A stretch of 64,000 nucleotides of DNA, from assembly GCF_009834535.1 (NCBI RefSeq), contig NC_045707.1, forward strand, positions 52,454,001 through 52,518,000. Direction: 5' to 3'. Numbering within the stretch: position 1 is the first letter of the stretch; every line of letters begins with the position of its first letter. Under the pieces are notes generated by a model. It saw only the letters and a list, made by a program, of their open reading frames with translations, was not told the origin of the DNA and did not search any database. The stretch comes from Camelus ferus. Taxonomy: Eukaryota. Shown here piece by piece: positions 22,281 through 34,320 of this stretch. The translations under genes and the position numbers were made by a program.

Positions 22281-25200
22281 GCTGGGAGGTGGAAATGGCA
22301 GGGTTTGCGAGGCCTCTGGGCCCTGAGAAAGGGGAGTGGCAGGAGCACAGGGGGACCCCTCACCCTCCTCCCGGCCCCGCTGAGCGGCAGCACCAGGGAG
22401 GCGCGGGCTCCCCGCCTCTGCTCACGGGGAGGCTTCAACTGCTAACAATCCGAAGCCTTCCCCACACCCCATCACTGCCACCCTCTGTTGCCAATAAAGG
22501 GAACGTTCTCCAAAATGATGAAATCTCAAGGCGGCGCAAATCCTCTGCTGGCGAAATGCTACAGAAAGCACTGCACGGATGGTGGCCGCAGTCATCAGCA
22601 TATCTGCAAAAATCCAGGACGCGGAGATGAAGGAGACCCCTGTCTACGTCATAGCCATGGACCATTCTTTTCCTTAAAATAACCGTCCAGCTGCTTGGGA
22701 AGAAATGTTGGACAGGAGAAAACCACATTCTCCCTCTGCGCGGCACAGCTGAAACGGGGCTGTGCTGGTGCAGCTCAAACAGGCGGCATCTGCAGCCCTC
22801 CCTGCTCTGTCCCCTCACTAGTGGGGACCTAGATCACATCAGAGAGACAGAAACAGAGGCTCCTCGGGCAGAGCATTGGTTCCCAGGTGATGGTGGAAAG
22901 AGGCTTCCAGCTCACAGGTTCCTGCGAGCCTCGGTGGGATGGCTTCTGTGACGGAGGCTGTCACTCCCAGGCTCCTGGGAGGAGGACTTCCCCCCTGGGT
23001 CCTGCAAGGTCGTCGGGAGGACTGGCAAGGTTAGAAGCATCATTTGTGCCCTGTGGCTTTGTTTTCTTTCCCACAACGATTGATTCCAACATCACCACCT
23101 GGCCGCGCTAGAAATAATTCTGATCATTCTACCCACTCAGGAATTCCAGTTCCCCTTGTCTTAGGAACTAATTCTCAAAGGAATGAGTCCCCCTTCTGCA
23201 GGGATGTTCAGAAGAGAACGGAAGAGTACTTACATGCTACTTCAAAAGCCACTCAGAAAGAAAGCGCCTTATCCAGAAGGCAGTTTATGACAAGGTGCCC
23301 AGTGGAATTACAAAATGTAAGGACCACCGCAGGCAGACGTAACGATGCAGCAGAGGGTTGTCAGTACCTTCTTACATTGTCCAAAGGTAAAGAGAGGGTC
23401 CCTCTGGGCTCTGCCACTGGAAAGATGCCCTTCCCACACCTGCGGTGGGCGCGCGTGAGCAGCGGTGTTCGTGAACGAGAATTTTTAAGCACACACTGAT
23501 CGCTGCGTCTGCTGTGACTCCCTTCTGGCCAGCTTTCCTCGTGCCTTTTTGTGTGTAGAAGTTGTCTAGATGTTCCAAAATCTAAGTACTTGTTTTAACA
23601 CTGAAATAATAATAAAGAAGACGCAGCGTGTGAACAGCCGTGAGACACTCGTGCATCTTCATAGCCTTCGGGAGTCATCATCTTTCAAGGATCATTTTTC
23701 TAAAATTAGCTCTTGTCACAGAGCCGAGAAAACATTCATTCTGCACGGCCCAGGAGGGTGCCAGCCCGGTTGGAATCCTGCCTCTTCACAACCTCAGGGG
23801 CTCCTTTACAAAGGACCCAGGTTCTTTCCTTGTCTTTGTTTTATGTTTTATAAATGGAAGGAATCCTCAAGGCCACTGAGGGTCCCCTCCCTGATCCATG
23901 CCCTCTCCATCCCAGCCCATTCTTAAGCTAATGCCCAGAAGCACAGAAAGGGAAAGGTTAGCGGGTGGAGCAGGGCAGAGCGCCCTGGTGGGAGGGCAGC
24001 CTCTTCCCTGCCTCCTCTCTGCCCCTGCAGACCTGCAGTGCATCTTCCAGAAGCTCAGCTGCATGGCCCGCAGCTTCTGGCCAGTCTCCTGGTAACCCCA
24101 GGCCCCGGGATGGAGGGATGGAGGATGCTGTGTGGGCTGGCCCACTCGGGGGAGCTCGCTTGGCAAAGGCGTAAGTTATGAAAACGAGTGCCCCCGCTCC
24201 AGTTCAAAGCATGGGTGCTTGAGCAGCGTCAGTGTGGAGGAGCCAGACCTACCTGAAGTCACGCGGGTGGGCGGCTCCCAGCAAAGGTAACCAGTGTCAT
24301 CACCCAGTCAGGTTAGGTCAGGTCGGGGTGCGTTGGTGTTATGAACGCAGGAGTCAAGCTGATGACAGACCAGCATCAGATGCCGCCTCCCCCAGCTGCC
24401 CGCATAGCATAGCAGGCGCAGCACATCCACACCTTCCTTATAATTCTTTGTTCTCAGTTTAATCTTTACAGCAAACTTCCTACAAACATCATTATTCTCG
24501 TTCAGCATATAAAGGAGCTGGAAGACTGAGTGGTTCCCTTCCTGTACTGTGGTTCCCAAACCCGTCTTTTGCACCACAACTCGAAGCGGGGGATGTTGCA
24601 CCATGTTTAAAATCTGAATGAGATTTCTCTTTTCTCTCTGTCACAAAGGACCGCGATGGATTTCAGCCTAGCTACCCGCCCTGACGGGACACGGGGCCCC
24701 CAGCATCGCGTCTTCTCTAACATCCCTGTTCATGTTCCTGGAGACGCTGGCCTCCCAGGTCGGCTCAGAAGCCACACGGCTCCTTGCCGGCATTCCTCCG
24801 AGAGGGCGTGGCCTGGCCCACCGCCAAGGGGATCTGCCCCGTCCGTGCGGGAGGCCGGTTCACTGCCATTTCCAGGGAGGCCCAGGCGTGAAGGCCCGTC
24901 ATCTCCGGGGGCTTGCTATCTAGGTGGGAAGACGAAATGATTCTGACTGCTTTCTCTGTCCCACGATGGGTGGATGCACCAAGGAGAGACAAGGACTGAA
25001 GTCACCCTGGCTGCTTCCAGGAGGAAGGAGCAGAGGAGGACACGGAAGGACAGGGCAGTTACGGGCGGAGTCAGGCAGCTCCAGTTGGGGTGCCGGGACC
25101 CGCACATGCCGGGTGCACGGACAAGGAGGTGCCCCCTCGCTAAGGCCAGAGGACCACCCTTCTGGGCCGATGGATCCAGCAGCACAGGGTTTTCCCTCGT

Positions 25201-26370
25201 GTGGCAGGGCGGGCAGGCAATGGTGTCAAAGGCAAAGACATGACAGGCGAGCGACTCCGGCAGCTTTCAGTTCTCAGGACCTTCTGCAGTGAGGCGGCAG
25301 GTGCCGTCGGGCGGGGGGAGGCGGGAAGGGCTGCAGATGCCCGTTACTGGCTGCGTAGACGCTACACAAGCTGCCCGCCAGCTGGGGTCTCTGGCTGCCT
25401 GAAACGCGCCCGTCTGCTCCGGACACAGTGGTCTGTTTGTTTTGTGATAATTAACTTTCAAATATTTACACTTGATACCAGCGATGTGCCAAGGCTCACG
25501 GCTAAAGCTGGAAATTAGCTTCACCCTCGTGTTTACCAGTCACGATGGAGGAGGGTTCATACCTGCCACTGGGATTTAAAGCTCTTCTCTGATTCCTCAA
25601 ATGTACGTGGGTTTGGTGGTGAAAGTGTAGGTGGCCGGCAGGTGGTTCTTACAAGGAGGCCTCTGTACTGGCTGGAGACCCCCTCCCTGGGGAAAGCAGG
25701 CCTCCTGTCCTCATGAGTTCTCCACTGACGGCACGCGCTGGGGCGAGGACAGCAGCCCGCTATGATTGCAGGCGGTCAAAAGGCGGACCGCGATAACGCT
25801 CTCTCCTTACTTCCCAGGCTGGTTGAAAATAGCCAAGAAGGAAAATGCAATTGTAAGGGCATTTTAAATTTAGACGCCCTACGACTTCTTTCAGTTTTCA
25901 TGATAGGAGGAATTGTCAATATTTAAATTTAATTATTACGTCAAAGCCATATTATTCGATTTTGTCTTTCATAAAATAAGTGTAAATGAAAAGATGATTC
26001 TGGTATACACAAAAATCACCTTGGCCGGTGCAGAGGTGCAGTGAAAACTGGAGACGGGGGAGTGGTTTTCTGGGCCAAGGAAGATAGCAGTTTGCTTTAA
26101 AAGGCCATTCATTGGCTGCAAGGGTCCTGAGGTTTGCGGTTAAGGATGGACCTTTTGAAACCTGTTTAGGAGAAAATGCCAATTGCTCTCTGATCGAGCA
26201 CTGCACTCCTTACGACAGAACACACCTTCCATAGGAGTGACAGGATAGCCAGCCACACGCTCCCAGGTGGTGGCTGTCATGGAAGACTGGGGCTGGGAGA
26301 AACATTAATTTAAATTTAATTTAATTTAAATTTAATTTTAACTAAAAACGTTTTTATATAGTTATAGAGG

Positions 26371-26437
26371 TTTTTTTCAATGGAGGTACCAGTGCACGCT
26401 AAGCACTTGCTGTACCTCTGAGCTACACCCTCCTCCC
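26371..26437 (-). mobile_element. Internally deleted vic-1-like SINE
   Basis: Has the head and the atggaggtac junction but lacks the B-box segment seen in the other copies. Confidence 0.65.
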
Positions 26438-27717
26438 ACTTTTTACTTTAAAACACATATATACACCCGTACCATGGAGTCAAATACAAAACCAACCTGA
26501 AGATTTTAAGATAAAGATTTAAGATAAAACATGAGACTTCAAAGACCTTTCTCAGTGTGGCGCTTTCAACTCTGACACCTGAGCTTCAAAGCTGGAAGTT
26601 CTCCATCCTCAGAGCTCAGAGCTCCCCTCCGCAGAGGTCGGGAGCCTCGGGGCTGGGACTCGAGGACACGGCCCCCAGCAGACGGAAGAATCACCCAGAC
26701 GTAGTTCACTTCATTTCTCTCTAGCCTGCTTCTCCAGCTTTCAGTTTTCAAAACCAGTAAAAAGTTTCCAGATGACGAAACCATCTCTGAAGTTTAATAT
26801 CTGCTAATTCCCAACCACCCCTGGTCCCCGCTGCCTAGTCACGTTCCCACGTGAACAGCAGGTGCACGTGCACGTACAAGCAGGGCACGAACCTTCCTTC
26901 ACTTTATTCAATCATAAATTCCACAGATACCTGGACACCTGCCATGGGCTGGATTCCAGGTACACGATGCTGAGCAGATCAAAGATACCCCACCTGCCCA
27001 CCGAGCCTAAAGCGATTTGAGAAAGGCAGGCATAAAGCACACAAATCTTGCAGGAAATTGTGCATTCTGACGTTTTCCACATTCCTTCTCCCCCTGTGGC
27101 TTCCCTCCCTTCACAGCGACAAACAGGAGGGCCCCCCACGCCCAGGGACACCTATCACAGAGGAACCAGGAACTTTTAAAAGTTCAAAAGCTGTATTTCA
27201 AGGGGCGAGAAGGGAGGACAAACGTTTGGAAGACTGGCTGAATCCGTTTTCCCTTGCCCGAAGGGAGATCAAAACTACGTCTGACCTGATGGACAAGGGC
27301 ACAGGGGACTGAAACAGGAGAGTGAGATGCCCCAGAATATGGCTGAATTCAGGTAACACCGCGTTTCTCCAGCACCTGCGGGTGTGGACTGTAGACGGTA
27401 CCCACCCTGCGTGACCGTGCGGCTGTGGGTGTGCCGTGTCTTGGGCTGCAGTCCTCCTGCACTCCTCTCCACAGCCCTGGCTTCTCCCCTGAACTGCAGA
27501 TCCTTGTGTGACGGCTCCAGGGGCTTCAACTTTGCAAGTCCAGACAGCCCGGGTTACCCTCTTTTCCTCCCTGAGTCTTTCCCAGTAAACGCATTCACCC
27601 AGCCGCCCAGGTCACGGGCCTTGGTGCAGTTCCTGGTGCTTCTTTCCATGTAAACCAACTCCAGCCCCAACCACCAGCAGACCTTGACGGCCCCAAATGA
27701 AAACACATTCCGACTTG

Positions 27718-27854
27718 CAGAACTGATCACCTCGTCCGCTGCTCACTGAGTCCCAGGCCCCTCACCTGCTTCCCTCCTGCCTCCTCCTGCCAGGACTGAC
27801 CACCTTGTCTGCTGCCCACTGGGTCCCAGGCCCCTTCACCTGCTTCCTTCCTGC
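27718..27854. repeat. Two-copy tandem duplication, period about 73 bp
   Basis: actgatcacctcgtccgctgctcactgagtcccaggcccctcacctgcttccctcctgc versus actgaccaccttgtctgctgcccactgggtcccaggccccttcacctgcttccttcctgc. Confidence 0.85.
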
Positions 27855-29288
27855 AGATGCTCCGGGAACAGAGGAACTTCAGGTAGAGAATCAGCGGAGC
27901 CGGTTGCTTGCTCCCAACCCTCCTTTCTTCTTTCCTCCATGAGACACATGCGGTCCTGGCCTCCACGAGGTACCGACCGTGCATGTCTCTCTGACTTCAC
28001 TTCCCGCCACTGCCCCCTGGTCCCTGAGGCTCTGGTCACACTGGGTCCCCGTGGCCCTTCCTCTGCCTGGAACTGCCCCCTCCAGGCCCTGCCTGGACTC
28101 CTGGTGCACCAAGGTCTCAGCTCTGCTCCCAGAGGCATCCCCGCATCCTCTGGTCCCTGCTGCCCCCTCAGCGGGCCCCGCTTGTCACTGTTGGTGCTTT
28201 CACACCTGAGACATTCATGTCTTCTCCCGTGGGCCGGGCCCTGAGCTCCGGGAGGGAGACCTGTCCTGCCTCCACGCACGTGGTGAGAACTCAGACCCTC
28301 CGGGAAGGAGGTGGGGACGGAGGGGAGTGAGGGACTTGAGACAGAAGCTTCAGGGCATGACTCAGACCAGGGACCTTGGGGTGGGCATGTGCAGGCAGTG
28401 AGATTCTAGCCCAGAACAAGTGGACGATGAGGACCTGGTACTTGGTGGCAGGTGTGCTACAGAAGAGGAGCCTGCACACTGAGTCGTGACGTTTGGGTAA
28501 GTGCGTGGGTATCTGACAGACACTCCAGAAAGTCCAAAGCACTTGTCACTTAGTCTGCACACACATCGTGATGTGGACACACTGGCTTCTGTGACATATA
28601 TTAACAAGAACTGTGTGAGAAAGACTGTCATTTTAGTGTCTTCATCACATCTAAGGACATTAATAAAATGCAGTGGGTTTCAGCCTCCCCGTCAGAGCTC
28701 AGTAAAAACCTTCCCTCATAGATAGTTTTGACTAAAACTGAGTCATGTACAACTGAGACGGGGGAACTTACAAGTATGGCTTCTGGAAGTTCCTTTTGTC
28801 AAGGAGGACGAGAGAAAAGTGACAGTGGTAATACATCCACAGCCACCAGCCTGGGCTGACTGCACAGAAGTTGTGCAGGGCTTCAGCGGGACAGGGCGCT
28901 GACAGTTATAACTCTAGGGAGGCACCAGACCCGCCCAGCTCCTGAAAGGTCACGGGCCGAAACTCAAGGTGGACTAGACGGCCAAGACCACGGCCGTGAC
29001 CAAGTCACCAGAATCTGAACGGAGAAGCCGACCAGGACGAGAGGAAAGCAGTGCATCACGGGAGATGAAGGATGCTGTCTGAAGCTGTGCGCCTCCGAGG
29101 AGACTCCCTGCATCGTGTGAATCCTGGTTCGGTATCTACACTAAACAGGTGATCTGGGTATCTCCCCACCCTGGCCCATCCCAGCCCCCCTCCTGCTGCT
29201 GCCATTCCTCTCTGTCCTGCAGAAGCTCCTTCTTCCAATTTGTAAATAAGTCGTGGCATATGAGCTGCCCCCACATCCCACGGGAATT

Positions 29289-29292
29289 CACA

Positions 29293-29338
<46 letters not shown>

Positions 29339-29346
29339 CACACACA
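29289..29346. repeat. (CA)n microsatellite
   Basis: Near-perfect CA run. Confidence 0.95.
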
Positions 29347-29778
29347 TGGTACAAGCATTTATTATACGTCCAGGCACTGTGCTATATGGCAGGGGTAAAG
29401 AGGACAATATAACACAGTCTTATCCTTCATAATTCTAGAATGTAGTGAGAATAACTGCTAATGTCGCCCTCATGGTACCTGTGTCAGGCAAGAATATCCC
29501 ATTATTGAGTGGAACTGATGTTCAGTTGTTCTTTCTCACTCTTATGTAAATACATAAACAATGTTACAATGAGGGTGTCTGTTCTAATTTCCACACTGAG
29601 TACATGAATGTTCTGGAGCAGAAAAAAAAATCACTGCTCCATCATTTATTCACTCATCAAACATCTCTCGTAAGAAGCACTTGGACATAAAACTATTAGC
29701 GGCATACGATATTAGTATATGTGGCATAAACAAGATGTCAACACCACTGGCCCAGAGTAATAAAGATGCTCCAATCTT

Positions 29779-30003
29779 CAGATACGACCTAGTCTGGACA
29801 GGACAGATAAACAAGGTCCCACTGTACAGCACAGGGAACTATAGTCAGTGGCTTGTAGTAGCCTGTAATGAAAAACATGAAAAGGAATCTATGTATGTAT
29901 ATGTATATCTGAATCACTGCTGTTCACCAGAAATTTATATCACGTTATAAATCAACCATACTCCAATAAAAAAAGGGGAAAAAAAGAAAAAAAACCCACA
30001 ACA
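29779..30003 (+). mobile_element. Short L1 3' UTR insertion with perfect TSD
   Basis: L1 tail plus A-rich end, flanked by gctccaatctt at 29768-29778 and 30004-30014. Confidence 0.88.
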
Positions 30004-30577
30004 GCTCCAATCTTTGTTGCCTCTCACTCCTGAACGCATTTGCTCTTTTCATTACTGCTCTCAGCAAGAGGTAAATAAAGGCGTTTTTCCTTTGCTCTGC
30101 AAACGTCTGCAGCAGCTCTTACATTTACTCAACACGGCATTAACTCCAGCACAAATACACGCGCCCAGACGGCTTTTTGAGCAAGGGAAATGTTTTTGAT
30201 CTTTATCACAGAAACCCTGAATTCATCAGCCTACAATTTATTCACAATGTCAGATGAGCTTGATGAAAATCTGTATCTGGATTTCATTTCCGAGCAGTGT
30301 GGAGGGACTACTCTGAATTCAAGGGGAAAGAGTACACCCTAGAGTAGGGTCCGACCCTCTCAGGATGTCAGGCGCAAGGTGGGCACGCGGGGCTCCTGTG
30401 GATCCACTCCGTATTATGTGCTAAAAAAACCACTTCTTACTTGGTTGCCCTTCCCCTTTTAGTATAAATTTGTGGTCCAGTTCTACAATGAGGTAAAATA
30501 TCAGTTACGTACAGTTGTACAGAGTAAATGATAATCTTTTGAAAATATCCCAGGCTGCAATAATAAAAGTCAGTTAA

Positions 30578-30698
30578 GGGGTGGGCATGGCTCAGAGATA
30601 GAGCACGTGCTCAGCATGCACAAGGTCCTGGTTCAATCCCCAGTCCCTCCAACAAAAATAAATTAACCTAATTACGCCCCCACAAAATTTTGATTAAA
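30578..30698 (+). mobile_element. tRNA-derived SINE (vic-1-like) with TSD
   Basis: ggggtgggcatggctcagagatagagcacgtgctcagcatgcacaaggtcctggttcaatccccag..aacctaattacgcccc; TSD aaaagtcagttaa (30565-30577) / aaaagtcaattaa (30699-30711). Confidence 0.9.
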
Positions 30699-30758
30699 AA
30701 AAGTCAATTAAAATGATCTCTAAAAAGAAAGAAAAAAAAGAACCCATCGGCCATCACG

Positions 30759-31228
30759 AGGGCCGGCCTCATGGGCACAGTCAAATGGCCGTGCTTGGTT
30801 CCATGCACTCCGCTCACCGTCCTGACATTCTTAATAGTCGTGTCTCTGAGTTTGGGTTTTCTGAGTGAGGTCTGACGGGGAGCAGGACCACGGAACAGCT
30901 GCTCCAGCAGAACAGACCCGCACAACATGTGCGGACCACGCGTGCCCGGCAGCCCTGGCCTCCCGCCCTCCTGCAGCCACCGGGGCGTCCCGCGCACGGA
31001 TCCCAGCGAGCCCACCGTGCGTGCAGGTCGGCAGGACTGCAGTGAGCACGCGGTGAGCTGGGTTCCTCTGTAAGGACGGGGGGCCCCACAGCCCCAGAGG
31101 CCACACTTCCTGTCAGAACCAAAGCCAGCTTCAAAGGCAGAAAGAGGCCAGTGTTCTAAGAAACACAATAGACCGAGGGCCCCATCACGCCGTCTGATTT
31201 CCCCTGGGGCCCCTTGGCCAGACCAGCT
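30759..31228 (+). mobile_element. hAT-Tip100 relic (MER91/MER115/Zaphod-like)
   Basis: Starts agggccggcctcatgggc..gtgcttgg..attcttaatag and ends with gggcccc motifs, as recalled for this group. Confidence 0.6.
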
Positions 31229-32009
31229 GTCACAGGGCTCAAGGCGGCGGAGTCAGCACGTGAGCCCAGGCTGATGTCACGTCTCCTTCACTCTTGCACC
31301 GTCTTCTCCAGCCTCCCGGGAAGAGCAACAGGGTTCAGACTGTTCCGGAAAATTTTTGTCATTATTCCACCATTAGCCATCTGCACATCTGACTGTTACG
31401 TGTTTATTCTCTTTGACTTTTCTTTCTCCTTTTTTTCCTCATTCTCACTGAATCGTTTGAGCTGTATTTTCTCCATTCACTGAGCGAGTAGCCACTCTGA
31501 CCCAGGAACATACATCTGTGACCCGATGGAGAGTCAGCGAAGTGGACACTTTCAGAGAAACGGGCGGCCAAGACATTTCTAAGAATCTTACTAAACACAA
31601 CCAGATGATGAGGGGCCTCAATGCCAGGAATCTCCACTGCACGCATGGCCTCTGAGTCCCAAAGACCCCCAACCACCCGGCAGGCTGTGAGTTCGATCAT
31701 TCATAAGTTACATCCCAGGACGAGGTGTTATGGAAGACGGTAATGCAACAGCAAGACAAAAACAAACCCGAGTCTTCAGGAGGGCTGCGTAAACGAGGGC
31801 CAAAAGGCATTTGCCAGTCTGGCAGCCAGTTCCCCTCGACCACTGTCCCGAGACTGTGTTCTGATCAAAACAGATGCCACCCTGGGGCCCAGAGCAGACG
31901 TGCTGATTGACATGGAAAACCACCGTTGGTCAAAAAAGACCCAGATCATGTTTCACAGAGGAGGACACCGAAGCCCAGAATCCAGTTAACTTTTTCCTGC
32001 TTTGTTATA

Positions 32010-33355
32010 ACAAAAAGTAGAAGAAATCACAGGCAAAAATGTAAAACACAGCACGGGAAGACTCCTAGGAGATAAGACGGGAGAGAACCTGGATGACCTT
32101 GGGTGTGATGGTGACATTTTAGATATAACCCCCGAGGTACCGTCATGAAAGGACTCACTGATATGCTCTGGACTTCATTAAAGTCAAAACCCCCTGCTCT
32201 GTGAAAGCAATGTCAAGAGGACGAGAAAGCAAGTCACAGACGGGGAGAACCTGTTTGTCAAAGACACAGCCGATCAAGGCCTGTTCTTGAAGCCGTATGA
32301 AGACGTCTTAAAGTTCAACAGTGAGAAAATAAGCAACCTGATTAAAAAAATGGGCCAAAGACCTTAACAGACACACAGCTGGCAGACGCGCACACGAAGA
32401 GATCCTCCACATCACAGTCATCAGGGAGGCGCAAAGTGAAACAACAGGAGACACCACCGCACACCGACTAGAAGGGCCAAAACCCGGAACACTGACATCA
32501 CCAAGTGCCGGCGAGGATGTGGAGCAACGGGAACTCCCGTCGCTGCTGGTGGGAAGGCAGAACGGTGCGGCCCCTTTGGAAGATGGCGTGGGGACTTCCT
32601 TCAAAACTAAACAGATGCTTATGTAAGACCCAGCAACCACGCTCCTCAGTGTTTACCCGAAGGAGTTGAAAACTTACGTCCATACAAAAACCCGCACATG
32701 GATGTTTTTGGCAGATTTGGCAGCTTTATTCAGAACTGCCCAAACTTGGAAGCAAACAAGACAGCCTTCAGTAGGTGCATGGATAAGTAAGCTGCGGTAA
32801 CAACGAGATGATGGAATATTATTCAGAGCTAAAAAGAAACAAACTATCAAGCAATGAAAAGACGTGGAGGAAACATAAATGCATGTGACTAAGTGACAGA
32901 AGCCGGACTGAGGAGATTCACCAGCCCAGGATTCCAGCTCTAGCACATTCTGGAAAATGGGGACCGATGGAGACAGTAAGAGGTCAGTGGCTGCAGGAGC
33001 AGGTGGCTGGGGGTGGGGGGTGAAGGGCCAGAGCACGGAGGGTTTTTACTGAAACTACTGCATGCGATGCTGATGACACATGATGGATACATGTCATTAT
33101 ACGTCTGTCCAAACTCACAGGATGTACGAGCCCACGAGAGAACCCGAATGTCAACCGTGGGCTTTGAGAGATCACGATGTGTCAGTGCAGGTTTATCAGT
33201 TGCAACCAATGTACCACCACTTCGGGGGGAGGCTGTGCATGGGGGGCAGGGGGTACGTGGGAAATCTTTGTACGTTCTGCTCAACTCTGCTGAGAACCTT
33301 AAGCTGCTCTAAGAGTCTTAAGAAAAAAGTAGAAAAGAAAGAAGAAAATTAAAAA
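32010..33355 (+). mobile_element. Old L1M (L1MC-like) 3' fragment
   Basis: Decayed ORF2 end (gatgaccttggg..ggacttcattaaa..aaatgggccaaagacc..caaacttggaagcaa), a 3' UTR (atgtcattatacgtctgtccaaac) and an A tail. Confidence 0.85.
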
Positions 33356-34237
33356 GAATGACACCCCCAAATGCCCCCAATACTTGGAGTCCCTGGAATC
33401 TGAGACTCAGTCTGTTGTCCCTTGCGGGTGGCCCTCCACCCTCTACGGTTTATAAAGAGCTCCCACATACTGTGCAGTGCAGTGCCACATGGGTTTACAG
33501 ATTAAATGTCCAATTCTGACCTCAGTTGCAGACTGCAAATAAACTTTTCACAGGTCATAAATTTTTAGAACCTGCCATAATAAACTAAGTATCTTGTGTC
33601 CAAGTCCCACAGCAAAGACAGGTGACCTGGAGTCCCCCAGCGGGGTTTGCCGTCCACGTGGATGCGCTGACCTGACTGACCAGAGAGCGCTGGGGACGGA
33701 GGCTGAGGAAAGACAGACAGAGCCCAGGACGAAAAAAACGTCATCCACCCACCATCAGTGTAGAGTCTGGGGGCTTCAGAGACAACTACAAGAAGCCAAC
33801 TTGTTTCTCTTCTCAAGAAGGAAACTTCTAACCTCAGAATGTACGTGTTCCCACGAACGTTAATTACAGCATGAACTGGGGAGTGAGTGCAATAAAGAAC
33901 CCCGTCAAGTGCTGATCCCTTGAGGGGGCGCAATCCAGTTCGTTCAGCCATCCCTTAGCAGCGAGGTAAAAAGTCCTGGGAGGGGCTCCAGGGCCCGGCT
34001 GCCCGTGTCTGCCATGAAAGACGTGTCCTTTATTCAGCAAATATCTAGGGAGGAATTTTCGAGCCCCCGGCGACACCGAGATAAATTAGATAAATTCCCA
34101 TATAGAAGAATCTTCGGTGGGGGTGGGTGCTGGAGAGGATTTAGGGGTGGCAGGCAGCCAGATACATAAGTCCCAAGGTGTGAGCAGAACGGAGGCAGTC
34201 CTGGGGAGGGACCCCTGACAGACTCCCTGGGATTCTC

Positions 34238-34320
34238 GATCTGGGTCCAGATCTGGGTCTGGGTCCGGGTCCGGATCTGGGTCTGGGTCCGGATAGGGTC
34301 TGGATCTTGGTCAGGGTCTG
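34238..34320. repeat. Hexamer tandem repeat (GGGTCY/GGATCT)n
   Basis: gatctgggtccagatctgggtctgggtccgggtccggatctgggtctgggtccgg.. Confidence 0.85.

Noticed and set aside
30578..30655. tRNA gene call for tRNA-like heads (also 6.2, 10.7 and 14.3 kb)
   Set aside because: They have A-rich tails, TSDs in some copies and degenerate stems, so they are SINEs rather than tRNA genes.
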